Of a stretch of DNA of 64,000 bases, positions 27,645-36,735 are shown one piece after another. Location: the IMG/VR virus record IMGVR_UViG_3300046170_000289. The stretch is one strand, 5' to 3'. The stretch comes from a virus. The notes under the pieces were generated by a model. The model searched no databases. It was given only the letters and a program-made list of their open reading frames with translations, and was not told the origin of the DNA. Each line of letters opens with the position of its first letter. Position 1 is the stretch's first letter. The position numbers and the translations under genes were made by a program.

Positions 27645-28033
27645 AGATCTCGTGCGGTGTCATCCTGCTCGTCAAAGTATACACTCATGCCAGCAGGTTT
27701 ATGGGATTTAAGTATGGCCTTGTAACTTTCGGTGACGTTTTCGTGGGGATCACCAAGACTCACAACTGACATTACAGATACGATGTTGTTACCCACAGTC
27801 AATGGAGACCATGGAAACAGTTTGATCTGCACGTCAGAGAGGTCCATCTCGTCAGGGACAGTTTCTTCTCCCTGAAATTCAAACATCTTGTCTGCTGGTT
27901 GCTCAATCACCACTGAGTATGGTTGAGTAAACTGATACGCGAGAGGCAGAGTGTGGTCTTCGGATGCCCTGACTTCTTTAACGTCAGCGATTACGTCCTC
28001 GCCGCTTTGCATTCTTGCGATTTTTACGCTCAT
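27641..28033 (-). CDS. Hypothetical protein, Sm-like candidate
   Basis: KIARMQSGEDVIA motif shared with 36445-36735. Confidence 0.7.
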   Translation of the reverse strand: MSVKIARMQSGEDVIADVKEVRASEDHTLPLAYQFTQPYSVVIEQPADKMFEFQGEETVPDEMDLSDVQIKLFPWSPLTVGNNIVSVMSVVSLGDPHENVTESYKAILKSHKPAGMSVYFDEQDDTARDL

Positions 28034-28226
28034 AATCTTTTTCCATTAGTTGTTCGTAAGTGCCTTGCACCATGTCTTGAAAGGCACGGCGAGCAGAGAT
28101 GTTTTTCTCCTCTGCAAGGACATGGACATACTGCATAAACGTTTCCATCTGATCAGGTGGCACGTCTAGAGTAAGTGTTTCGCTCTTCTCTGTGTATGCT
28201 GTACACAGGTTAACATACATATTCAT
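27984..28226 (-). CDS. Hypothetical protein
   Basis: ORF, likely start MNMYVNLC. Confidence 0.6.
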   Translation of the reverse strand: MNMYVNLCTAYTEKSETLTLDVPPDQMETFMQYVHVLAEEKNISARRAFQDMVQGTYEQLMEKDYERKNRKNAKRRGRNR

Positions 28227-28245
28227 TAAAATCAACTCCAAACAA

Positions 28246-28269
28246 AAAGAGACCCCGTGAGGTCTCTTT
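28246..28269 (-). terminator. Intrinsic terminator after petF
   Basis: AAAGAGACC-loop-GGTCTCTTT plus T-run. Confidence 0.8.
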
Positions 28270-28287
28270 GGTTGTGTATTATATAGG

Positions 28288-28575
28288 TCAGTAAAGATAC
28301 TCTTCTTGCTCTGCAAGGATCACTACATCAGATGTAGGATATGAGACACAAGTAAGTAGGAATCCTGCTGCTAGTTGATCGTCATCAAGGAAGGATTGAT
28401 CCTCCTGATTCACTGTGCCTGACTCAATCTTACCTGCACAAGTGCTACATGCACCTGCTCTACAGGAGTATGGCATATCTGCTCCTGCTTCTTCTGCTGC
28501 GTCTAGAATATATGTGTCACCGTCACATTCAAAAGTTGTTTCGGTCCCGTCTGTTTGCTTGATAGTTACGTTCAT
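28288..28575 (-). CDS. petF: Plant-type [2Fe-2S] ferredoxin
   Basis: [14 protein letters not shown] and LLTCVSYP. Confidence 0.97.
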   Translation of the reverse strand: MNVTIKQTDGTETTFECDGDTYILDAAEEAGADMPYSCRAGACSTCAGKIESGTVNQEDQSFLDDDQLAAGFLLTCVSYPTSDVVILAEQEEYLY

Positions 28576-28604
28576 GTGTAGTAAGTCACTAACCCCAGTA
28601 TATA

Positions 28605-28820
28605 TCAATAATCCTCACTGTAACTTCTGCAGATCTTTTTGTTTTCATCTGAAGACCTACACCATTGCCTGACATATGAATCTGCATCCTGATCCATGGA
28701 GAAGTGGGCATGGTTGTGAAGGATCCCGATCATAATCAGGACCCCCACCATCATAAGATTAGCGTGTGTCGCTGGGTGCATCACTGCTGCTTTCAGGTAG
28801 TGCAGTATTTTGGATGTCAT
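28605..28820 (-). CDS. Small membrane protein
   Basis: Hydrophobic helix, C-terminal Cys pair. Confidence 0.65.
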   Translation of the reverse strand: MTSKILHYLKAAVMHPATHANLMMVGVLIMIGILHNHAHFSMDQDADSYVRQWCRSSDENKKICRSYSEDY

Positions 28821-29247
28821 ATACCTTGAGTTTCTGGTGGTCAGGGATGATCTTCTGTAATTCTACCACGAGCATTCCATTTGTGAAGCTGACTGTGCCA
28901 ACTTCGACATCATCTGACAGGTTGAAACCTCTTGCGAAGGACCGAGATGCCACGCCCCTGTGGACATACTCCTCCTCGTTTGCCTTCGCCGCCCTTGACT
29001 TGACGATCAGGACATTGGTTTCTGTCGTTACCTCAATGTCTTCTGGTGACCATCCAGCTAGTGCTACTTCGATCCTCCACTTAATATTTGATTCCTTAAC
29101 AATATTGTAGGGAGGATACTGACCGCCTGGTGATCCTACTCCATAGGAATGTAAGCGGTAAAATAGGTCGTCAAAACCTACTGAAAATCTTTGTGACGCA
29201 TCAAAAATTGCGTCGATGTCTTTCGACGTGAACTTAGTAATGTCCAT
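28759..29247 (-). CDS. hsp20: Small heat shock protein
   Basis: YPPYNI, EVALAGW, HRGVASRSF, NGMLVVEL. Confidence 0.93.
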   Translation of the reverse strand: MDITKFTSKDIDAIFDASQRFSVGFDDLFYRLHSYGVGSPGGQYPPYNIVKESNIKWRIEVALAGWSPEDIEVTTETNVLIVKSRAAKANEEEYVHRGVASRSFARGFNLSDDVEVGTVSFTNGMLVVELQKIIPDHQKLKVYDIQNTALPESSSDAPSDTR

Positions 29248-29306
29248 AGCTCCTTATAAAGCGAGTGGTAATGTGTGGTCCCCGAAGGCAACCAAATTTA
29301 TTTATA
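29248..29306 (-). promoter_or_regulatory. Late promoter and structured leader of hsp20
   Basis: TATAAATA at 29299-29306; cUUCGg hairpin; AAGGAG RBS. Confidence 0.6.
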
Positions 29307-29346
29307 AAATTAAGGCGTGTGGTTTACCGTAAACATATTCATCTTG

Positions 29347-29353
29347 CTAAATA
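29347..29353 (+). promoter_or_regulatory. Late-like promoter for the plus-strand cassette
   Basis: CTAAATA 27 nt before the ATG. Confidence 0.55.
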
Positions 29354-29379
29354 GGCTTAGCACTATACAATCGATGGAA

Positions 29380-29877
29380 ATGAGAAAATCTCTGCTCCCT
29401 ATCGTTATGCTTTTGATGACAGCGGGTGCCGCCCAAGCAGGTGGTCTCGTTACTAAACATGCTTCCAGTGTGCAATTGAATGTTGATGCGGCAAGGTCTA
29501 CTGTCTCCAGAGTTGGTAATTCTTACGCAATTTCAGGTAGTGGAATTAATACTACCGACGGTACAACTGCTGGTACTGTCTCAGCAGGCACGATCACCTC
29601 AGGTGTGATGGCACCAGGCACTATTGCAGCGACACAGCACACAGACGGCAATGCATTCAGCTATAGCCAATCGTTTACTCAAGGTGATGCTATTTCAACA
29701 AGCGCACCGACTGTAGGCACTGTGGGTAACTTCTCTAGTCAGACTTCCTACACTGCTGGCTCGAAAGACAGCCTTGCAGGTACTGTCTTGACCAGTGGTG
29801 CTCTTACCGTGACAGCTGGTGGAGCTGGCACATCGGCAACGGGACAATTCGTTTCTGAGATTACTGTCATTGACTGA
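29380..29877 (+). CDS. Exported Gly/Thr/Ser-rich protein
   Basis: Sec-type signal MRKSLLPIVMLLMTAGAAQA. Confidence 0.8.
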   Translation: MRKSLLPIVMLLMTAGAAQAGGLVTKHASSVQLNVDAARSTVSRVGNSYAISGSGINTTDGTTAGTVSAGTITSGVMAPGTIAATQHTDGNAFSYSQSFTQGDAISTSAPTVGTVGNFSSQTSYTAGSKDSLAGTVLTSGALTVTAGGAGTSATGQFVSEITVID

Positions 29878-29885
29878 GGTTAAGG

Positions 29886-30332
29886 ATGACCCATTCTGGA
29901 AAGACAATCTTATGGTCTGTGATGTGTGTGGTGGGTGCAAGTGCCATACTTGCTCCTGCCCAGGCGGTCCCCGTGGTCCCCAACTTCACCCAGGGCTCAA
30001 TGACGAGCCACACGGAGACGACCAGTAAGGTAACAGAAACCATAAACAGCATGGACTATAACACGGGGTATCAATACTCCGTGACTGGATCAGGAGTTAC
30101 CGCTTCAGGTAACCTAAATCCTGGCACAGGTACAAACAATGTAACTATTGATGGAGTGACTTCTTCATGGACAACGCCGACGAGCAAACCAGCGTTTACA
30201 CAAACGACACCAGGCGCAGCGTTTCAATTCACGGAAACTCTGAGCGGACCAGGGTTGACTCAGCAGACAATTATTCAAAGGGTGACAGAGGTCACCAGCG
30301 TAACCGATACTACAAGTATCTTTACCCAGTAA
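29886..30332 (+). CDS. Exported Thr-rich protein
   Basis: Signal ending APAQA, then VPVVPNFTQGS. Confidence 0.8.
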   Translation: MTHSGKTILWSVMCVVGASAILAPAQAVPVVPNFTQGSMTSHTETTSKVTETINSMDYNTGYQYSVTGSGVTASGNLNPGTGTNNVTIDGVTSSWTTPTSKPAFTQTTPGAAFQFTETLSGPGLTQQTIIQRVTEVTSVTDTTSIFTQ

Positions 30333-31165
30333 TAGCACTGTTTATAGCAGCACCAGTCAACGCCGAAACAGTTGGTGGTGTATCAGCAACAGCATCTCCA
30401 ATCGCGAATAGCTCTGGCTCAGTGACGAACCAAGCTATTCAGGTTTTGCAGGGTCCATATATTACTAACACCTATGGCAACGGTATTAGTTGTCAAGGAC
30501 CCACAATGAATTTCACTCCCTATGTGACAGGCAGTGCGTCAGCATCTAAACCATATGAGCCATACTATATGGATCCTGTGTATGACATGCGTGACCTTGA
30601 TGAGGACGGTTCTCTTGACAATCCAGGGGATATTCTCTACCACGTCCCTACTAGGACTGGACAGAAGGATAACTACAGTTTGGGTATAGGTTTCTCTGCC
30701 ACATGGTCTAGACCATTGGATAAGAAACTACAAGAGCAATGCAAAGAAGCAGCTGCTGCTAACATCAACATGATGAATCAGCTAACTGCTAATAAAAGAT
30801 TAGATTTTGAGATCGCGAGACTTAAAAATTGTGGTACTTTGTTGAAGGAAGGTATTCGCTTTGCACCTGGCACACAGTATGCTTCTATCTGTGCTGATGT
30901 CCAAGTGCAGAATGTGAATGTCTTAAAGAATCACACTCATACTATTCCTTCCCCTTCAGTTTCCGAATCGCGTGTGAGCGAATCCGCTGCTGATCTCGGC
31001 GGAACATTACAGATTCAATCGGAGACTTCTTCCCCCGTATCGCAGCAATCTTCTTCATTACCTTCTTCACAGTCGGCTTCACCACTTTCAGAATTAGATC
31101 GGCAAGCGGTTTTGAAAGCAGTGCAGCAGTCGTTGCAACGACAGCAATCGATGCAGTTGCCGTAA
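30167..31165 (+). CDS. Exported protein, start uncertain
   Basis: Signal-like YLYPVIALFIAAPVNA-ETVGG, several Cys; the only ATG lies 166 nt inside the previous gene. Confidence 0.7.
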   Translation: MDNADEQTSVYTNDTRRSVSIHGNSERTRVDSADNYSKGDRGHQRNRYYKYLYPVIALFIAAPVNAETVGGVSATASPIANSSGSVTNQAIQVLQGPYITNTYGNGISCQGPTMNFTPYVTGSASASKPYEPYYMDPVYDMRDLDEDGSLDNPGDILYHVPTRTGQKDNYSLGIGFSATWSRPLDKKLQEQCKEAAAANINMMNQLTANKRLDFEIARLKNCGTLLKEGIRFAPGTQYASICADVQVQNVNVLKNHTHTIPSPSVSESRVSESAADLGGTLQIQSETSSPVSQQSSSLPSSQSASPLSELDRQAVLKAVQQSLQRQQSMQLP

Positions 31166-31724
31166 CAGCGCCAGCACTAGGGAGATTACCTATAACTTGA
31201 TCAGGAATGGATAGTTTATCTGTTATCTGTATACATTCCTTACCAACCAGTCGATACTCAGTGACCTTCTTGTCACCCTTGATGTGTCCGACTGGTTCTT
31301 TTAATGCTTGTGTCTCTGTAGGACAGTCCACCTTAGCGGTGCTTACACTCGTGTCCTTAGGGATCTCTGGTGTGTCAACCTCTGGTTGCTCAGGAGATTT
31401 TACTGGTGGGACTGGAGTGTCATACTCAAAGTCCATCTTATTTGTATCGTAGTCAAGAGGATTGAAGGACGGCATACCAGCATCGCAGTATGTTACCAGT
31501 CCATTCTCATCATCTACACCTACAGTATTAGAATTATTATTTGATTCGTGTGCCTCTACACATCCAGGCACGTCCACGATGGGCACACCCACCTGCTCTG
31601 TGATAGGGACACTAGGTGGGACTGCTGTTGGGGGATTTACAATCCAGTCACGGACCTCAGAAATACGAACATTCCCAATATCGATACTTCTAATACCGAT
31701 ATCAATATCAGGAATGTCAGGCAT
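30942..31724 (-). CDS. Pro-rich membrane-anchored protein
   Basis: PDIPDIDI N-terminus, Cys pairs, C-terminal TM helix and basic tail. Confidence 0.75.
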   Translation of the reverse strand: MPDIPDIDIGIRSIDIGNVRISEVRDWIVNPPTAVPPSVPITEQVGVPIVDVPGCVEAHESNNNSNTVGVDDENGLVTYCDAGMPSFNPLDYDTNKMDFEYDTPVPPVKSPEQPEVDTPEIPKDTSVSTAKVDCPTETQALKEPVGHIKGDKKVTEYRLVGKECIQITDKLSIPDQVIGNLPSAGAVTATASIAVVATTAALLSKPLADLILKVVKPTVKKVMKKIAAIRGKKSPIESVMFRRDQQRIRSHAIRKLKGKE

Positions 31725-32223
31725 AAGTCACTACCAATACAACACGACGACCCTCTTCAGGCATAACATGACAGTGCGGTCCCTCAAATAGACACGCAGT
31801 ATCTTCTACTGGATCTGAATAATCATCTCCTGCAATGGTGGCACCACCAGCGTCAGTCAAATATATGATGACGTTTTTATGTGGGAAGGGATGATCTTCA
31901 TGCACCTCACTAATCTTAGGGTGGGATGGATGTGCATCAATAGCATTTGCATTCATCCTCAAGAGATAGTTGAATCCTATATCCTCATTGGATTGACAGA
32001 TCTGAGTGAAGACAACTTGGAATAACTCCAGGTGTTGACATTCTTTTACTGGGAATCCGAAAACTTCAGGTCTCTGTAAGAAAGTATGACTATGAAAATA
32101 GAATGAATCTAACTTATTTTGAGTCCTATACCAAGGGAAAAACTCACCTAACACCGTAGACTTCAGTCTAAGATAATCGGAAGTCTTAGGAACAACTAAC
32201 TCTTTCATAATAAAAATTAACAA
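31717..32223 (-). CDS. 2OG-Fe(II) oxygenase-like protein
   Basis: HEDH, VIIYL..AGGAT, PHCH, RRVVLV. Confidence 0.7.
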   Translation of the reverse strand: MLIFIMKELVVPKTSDYLRLKSTVLGEFFPWYRTQNKLDSFYFHSHTFLQRPEVFGFPVKECQHLELFQVVFTQICQSNEDIGFNYLLRMNANAIDAHPSHPKISEVHEDHPFPHKNVIIYLTDAGGATIAGDDYSDPVEDTACLFEGPHCHVMPEEGRRVVLVVTYA

Positions 32224-32798
32224 TCATTAAATACTGATCCCACTTGTGATCCTAGAGAAGACCCTGCCTTCTGTCCTAACAGCAGTGCCCAACCACCTGC
32301 CAACCAACCAACGTAAGGGATGCCAGCGAGAGCAGGCACAGCGACACCAGCAGCGATAGCACTACCTGCCATTGCACCTTGAGATCGTGCTCCAGCGTCC
32401 GCGATCAAACACTCTGCGCTTACACCCCCGATCTTTCCCTCTTCACCTATTTCACCCCCTCCGATGTTGCGGGTGCCATCCATAGTATATTGATCACTAC
32501 GAAACTCATTACGTTTCTCAGTGCCACCACCAAACATTCCACGCTTCTCCTTGTCGAGAGTCAGAGATCTCTGAGACTCTAGGATAGCAGGGTCGTTTGC
32601 TTTGTATTCAATACTATAACCATCCTTACCTGCTTTGATGCTGTAGGATGAGTAGTCACCACGAGGAATGTTGATCGTAGGCACCTGAGGAATCTCAGGT
32701 TGCTTCGGCCTGTGGATCACATAACCCAGTAAACCAACGTGTGCGACAGCGAATAGACCGCCAACCGCTGCTGCTGCGATCTTTAGTTTACTATTCAT
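32217..32798 (-). CDS. Membrane protein with glycine-zipper-like C-terminus
   Basis: N-terminal TM; GAMAGSAIAAG...AGSSLGSQVG. Confidence 0.75.
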   Translation of the reverse strand: MNSKLKIAAAAVGGLFAVAHVGLLGYVIHRPKQPEIPQVPTINIPRGDYSSYSIKAGKDGYSIEYKANDPAILESQRSLTLDKEKRGMFGGGTEKRNEFRSDQYTMDGTRNIGGGEIGEEGKIGGVSAECLIADAGARSQGAMAGSAIAAGVAVPALAGIPYVGWLAGGWALLLGQKAGSSLGSQVGSVFNDC

Positions 32799-33028
32799 GG
32801 GAATGATGGGATAGATGCACCTCCAGTCGCCTTAGGCAACTCAGGTACCGCGTTATCAATCATGCCTGGTAGAGCACCAGCGATTGCTTCTGTTGCTGCT
32901 GCAGCAACTTTACCCATGAGAGCAGCAGAAAGTGCATCCTTCTGGGTATACACATACACACCACCACCAACGATGGATGCAGTCCCAAGGAATGAAAGGA
33001 CTGCCATAGCATTAATTAACTTTTGCAT
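32795..33028 (-). CDS. Small membrane protein
   Basis: MQKLINAMAVLSFLG... Confidence 0.7.
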   Translation of the reverse strand: MQKLINAMAVLSFLGTASIVGGGVYVYTQKDALSAALMGKVAAAATEAIAGALPGMIDNAVPELPKATGGASIPSFP

Positions 33029-33314
33029 TGTTTTCCTCCTGTTTTCCGATTGACGGGGCTTTCTTTGGAGCACTACCATTACCACCACTCTTCGCTGGGC
33101 TGAGTCCGAAGGCAGCTAACGAGCCACTGAAGACTGAGGCTATGAAGGTAGGGTCGAAGTCTAGAATTTTCTGTCCATTAGGTAGTCGGACATAGCTGAA
33201 TGTGAGTAGGGATGCGGACCAGATAAGGACCGTCACCTTCACCAAATTACCAAGTACTTCACTTTTGTCTTCATCACGATCATTCTCAGTTTCAGCAGGT
33301 TTCGTGTCTGCCAT
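33012..33314 (-). CDS. Two-TM membrane protein
   Basis: Two hydrophobic segments, FDPTFIASVFSG. Confidence 0.7.
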   Translation of the reverse strand: MADTKPAETENDRDEDKSEVLGNLVKVTVLIWSASLLTFSYVRLPNGQKILDFDPTFIASVFSGSLAAFGLSPAKSGGNGSAPKKAPSIGKQEENNAKVN

Positions 33315-33320
33315 ATGATC

Positions 33321-33743
33321 TTATACCTCTGCAGGTTGTTTTTTCTTTCCAATATTATATTTGGACTCAAGAGTCCATTCACCTTTGTCCTTGAAGGACA
33401 AAACCTTGATTTGATTTAGGGGAGCAAGCTCTCCTACCTCTTCTTCGCGAGCAATAGCAATCAGACCCCAGTCTGATAACAGTTTTGCAATGCGACTTCT
33501 ACGCTCGATATCATTCGTGGTGATGTTCGTTGGTTTACCATCCAACGCAAACAACTCCTTGAAGTGTACGACGTAATACTTACCACGTTTGTGGAGAATG
33601 TGACAAGACTGATACAGTTTGCGCTCTTTCCTTGACGCAACACCAATACGGGTGAGGGTTTCTCTTACCTTGAGAAAATCGTCGGGTTCTTTAAGCGTCA
33701 CTTCGAGCATCATGTCTTGAGACCATTGGATCTCATCGCTCAT
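33321..33743 (-). CDS. regA: Translational repressor
   Basis: DFLKVRETLTRIG, LYQSCHILHK, HFKELF. Confidence 0.95.
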   Translation of the reverse strand: MSDEIQWSQDMMLEVTLKEPDDFLKVRETLTRIGVASRKERKLYQSCHILHKRGKYYVVHFKELFALDGKPTNITTNDIERRSRIAKLLSDWGLIAIAREEEVGELAPLNQIKVLSFKDKGEWTLESKYNIGKKKQPAEV

Positions 33744-34132
33744 TTCTTACCTCCAGTATTCAATTTAGATGCAATAATTTTTAGCTGGTCCTGGGTTAGA
33801 ATCTTTAGCGCCGCTTGTGCTTTCTCAGTGTTGTAACCATAGTATTTTTTAACTAGGTCAAGATCACCGTCCTTTATCTTCTTGTCCCACGGGGAAAATC
33901 TCTTGGACTTCCTCACACTATATAGGAAATATTGATATTGTAAGTCACTGTCTAAATTCTGACACGCATTCATCTCATTTGCGTGCATCAACGTGTCGAT
34001 GTGGTGCATCATACACTTGTTGATAACGTATGCTGGATACTTCTTCATGGCAATAGGATCCTCTGAGAGATCCCCTTGCTTTAGGTTGATACTGTTGAGG
34101 TAATCTTTGAGAGGAATGTCATACTGTTTCAT
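33740..34132 (-). CDS. 62: Clamp loader small subunit (T4 gp62)
   Basis: YPAYVINK, QYQYF, VKKYYGY; position between gp44 and regA. Confidence 0.9.
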   Translation of the reverse strand: MKQYDIPLKDYLNSINLKQGDLSEDPIAMKKYPAYVINKCMMHHIDTLMHANEMNACQNLDSDLQYQYFLYSVRKSKRFSPWDKKIKDGDLDLVKKYYGYNTEKAQAALKILTQDQLKIIASKLNTGGKK

Positions 34133-34964
34133 AGAGGGATGCCAGAGGAGTGGATTCAGTGAAGTTGGTAACTAACAATTCAGTCTTGAGTTTATTATCT
34201 GGACGGTGCTTCATACCATAGGTGATACGAAACTCTTCTTGATTGAAGTCCTTGTATGCTTCTTTCAACTCATCGTCAATGTTATATGTAACCAACCAGT
34301 TGTGAGGACATACCTTACAGTCTTCTACAAACTGAGTGTGATTAAAATTCTTATGCATCTCGGCATTAGTGCCGTAGAGATATGTGTTGATCTTGTATGG
34401 GGGATCTAGGAAGACGAATGTATTACTCAACCCTTCCTCTTGATTCATTACGGTTGCGTAATCTAGGTTAGTGATACGCCAGTGCTGAATGATCTTAGAG
34501 ATACTCTTCAGGTGATTAGCACCACGGGTGGTGAAGTTTTGATTAGATGCTGTCTTAGAGAAGGAAGAGTTTTCAGTCAACCCGCTATAGCTACACTTAT
34601 TAAGAATCCAAAAGAGCACAGCTTGGCGAAAAGTATCTGCGTTGGAAATCTCTGCTTTAGCAGAGACGAATAACTCTTTCGCTTTTTCTTCCGTGCTGTT
34701 TTCGACTTTGATATTGTAGAGAGTATCCGATAACTCATCGCCACGCTCTTGGAGCATCTTCCAAAAACTGTAGAGGTAGACATACTTATCATTAATCCAT
34801 ACAGGAATATCAGGATACTTCTGAGAGAATAGCAGTGCTACACTCCCACCACCCACGAAGGGCTCACGAAATTCATTGATCTCACTTGGGAATTTCTCAA
34901 GCAACATCTTTGCTACCCTTGATTTACCACCAGGATAACGGAGTGGAGTTTTCAAATACTTCAT
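34119..34964 (-). CDS. dam: DNA adenine methyltransferase (Dam-like)
   Basis: LRYPGGKS, EPFVGGGS, FLDPPY. Confidence 0.93.
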   Translation of the reverse strand: MKYLKTPLRYPGGKSRVAKMLLEKFPSEINEFREPFVGGGSVALLFSQKYPDIPVWINDKYVYLYSFWKMLQERGDELSDTLYNIKVENSTEEKAKELFVSAKAEISNADTFRQAVLFWILNKCSYSGLTENSSFSKTASNQNFTTRGANHLKSISKIIQHWRITNLDYATVMNQEEGLSNTFVFLDPPYKINTYLYGTNAEMHKNFNHTQFVEDCKVCPHNWLVTYNIDDELKEAYKDFNQEEFRITYGMKHRPDNKLKTELLVTNFTESTPLASLYETV

Positions 34965-35605
34965 TGTATAGAGACGTGTAGTTGTGGCATATCAAATGGA
35001 CCAATATTCACCTTACCACATGGGAATACGTTGAATGAAATAGTCCAACGGTCATAGTTTTCTAGTTGACGACCTGAGTAGTGTCGTAACCAGGAGGGAA
35101 AGAGAATAAGTTTATTCTCCTCTGCAATTAATTTTTCATTGATACCAGAATCTCTCTCCATCATATCACCTTGGAAGACATCTAGTGTATCAGATGTGCG
35201 AGGTGTTACAGGATCCTCAAAGAAGGTAGGAGCACCAGGAGTGAGGTAATAGACAGCACTCAGATAGGACATTGGATGCCTGTGTAAGGGGTGCCCATAC
35301 CCACTTCCAGCAGGTGCATGGTTAAACCACATAGAAGAGATCTCTAGACCGTCACAGTATAGTTTGTAGGCATACCTATACTCTGCCAGACAGTCCCAGA
35401 AGAATTGCCTCAACTCTGTGATAGGACCCTCTTCTACCTTATGTAGATCAGGACGTGATGTGATGACACCTTCAGGAAAGTTAGACTGCTGTGCAGGATA
35501 ACCCTCCATGGATTCAATCACACGTTGGTTAAGAGTCTTATCTGGTTGTTGATATGTCCTGCACACGACAGGAAACATATGTAATTCAGTCCCTTGCATA
35601 GTCAC
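34961..35605 (-). CDS. 2OG-Fe(II) oxygenase (TIGR02466-like)
   Basis: HRHPMSYLSAVYY, LFPSWLRH, RWTISFN. Confidence 0.85.
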   Translation of the reverse strand: MTMQGTELHMFPVVCRTYQQPDKTLNQRVIESMEGYPAQQSNFPEGVITSRPDLHKVEEGPITELRQFFWDCLAEYRYAYKLYCDGLEISSMWFNHAPAGSGYGHPLHRHPMSYLSAVYYLTPGAPTFFEDPVTPRTSDTLDVFQGDMMERDSGINEKLIAEENKLILFPSWLRHYSGRQLENYDRWTISFNVFPCGKVNIGPFDMPQLHVSIQ

Positions 35606-36251
35606 TAAGTTTCAACGGTCCAAGATCATCATTCCATGATTCCACTTTAACTTTACTCATGGGTTTACCAAACCCACCACTGTTAATTCCACCATCAGGA
35701 TAGGTGTTGAAGGCAATAGAATACCTATCAACGTCATCACGGTTGGGTAGACTAGCATGAATCATGTAACTAGGAAATACAATCAACCCACCTGGACCAC
35801 CATGGAATGCCAACTCTTGAGCGATGTTGCCATCTAGGTGGAAAGATGCCCACTCCCTCTGGAAGAGGGGGTCAACAAAGATTGTAGGAGCACCTTTAGT
35901 GAGGTAGAAGATACCACTCAGATAAGACATAGGATGTCTGTGAGCGTCATGGTGATGACCAGATTCTGCTAGAGATTTGTTTGCCCATGCTTTGTTGACT
36001 GCAAGACGATCACAATCGTAACCAGAATCAAAGTGTACAGTGTCTATACACTCTTGAAACCACGCCATGAGTGGTTTGAATACTTCCCTACGATGAATGT
36101 CATCGCTTGTCTTAACACCTGTAGGTTCGTTGTACGCTTTATACTCCAGATCTTTTACAAGACCCAGAGTAGTATCAACTAGAAATTGATCACAACGAAA
36201 CTCATAACACTGGATGGGAAAGAAGTTATGTTGCTCGTAGTTTTGTCTCAC
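35586..36251 (-). CDS. 2OG-Fe(II) oxygenase (TIGR02466-like), tandem paralog
   Basis: HRHPMSYLSGIFY, VFPSYMIH, RYSIAFN. Confidence 0.85.
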   Translation of the reverse strand: MRQNYEQHNFFPIQCYEFRCDQFLVDTTLGLVKDLEYKAYNEPTGVKTSDDIHRREVFKPLMAWFQECIDTVHFDSGYDCDRLAVNKAWANKSLAESGHHHDAHRHPMSYLSGIFYLTKGAPTIFVDPLFQREWASFHLDGNIAQELAFHGGPGGLIVFPSYMIHASLPNRDDVDRYSIAFNTYPDGGINSGGFGKPMSKVKVESWNDDLGPLKLSDYARD

Positions 36252-36448
36252 ATGTAGCCCTCATATGGATTTGGTTTGACTTCAAGCATCACACCGTTAA
36301 CCTTATTAATTAGGTCTTCCAAAGAGTAATGCAACTTACGGTATCCACTACCAACATAGATCTGACCTAGCAGCACAGAGACAGTAGCAACTCCCCAGAA
36401 GACATAATAAAATTTGGACTTAACTTGTGCTCTCCTTTTCTCAATCAT
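36248..36448 (-). CDS. Small membrane protein
   Basis: 66 aa, one TM helix. Confidence 0.65.
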   Translation of the reverse strand: MIEKRRAQVKSKFYYVFWGVATVSVLLGQIYVGSGYRKLHYSLEDLINKVNGVMLEVKPNPYEGYM

Positions 36449-36735
36449 AGCACCAACTTCTTGTTAGGGGTTTCAATGATACTAAACATTTGCTCAAACT
36501 GTTTTACGATATCCTCTTGAGTGTCAAGAGGACCGAAGACAATGTAGTCTTTGGGGACAGTTACAGGTGCATTACGTCCATTTAGGAGTGGTGCCCATGG
36601 AGCAAACCCAAGTCTGCCTTCCCCACTAGGGATAGCGACAATAGGATTACAGAAGGTGAGACTATCTTCAGTCTCTTCGATCAGGTCTGCAACGACATCT
36701 TCGCCAGACCGCATACGGATTAGTTTTACATTCAT
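36445..36735 (-). CDS. Hypothetical protein, Sm-like candidate
   Basis: KLIRMRSGEDVVA motif. Confidence 0.75.
   Translation of the reverse strand: MNVKLIRMRSGEDVVADLIEETEDSLTFCNPIVAIPSGEGRLGFAPWAPLLNGRNAPVTVPKDYIVFGPLDTQEDIVKQFEQMFSIIETPNKKLVL

Noticed and set aside
30310-30335. Canonical -1 slippery site joining the second and third exported genes
   Set aside because: No X XXY YYZ heptamer or clear downstream stimulator was found.
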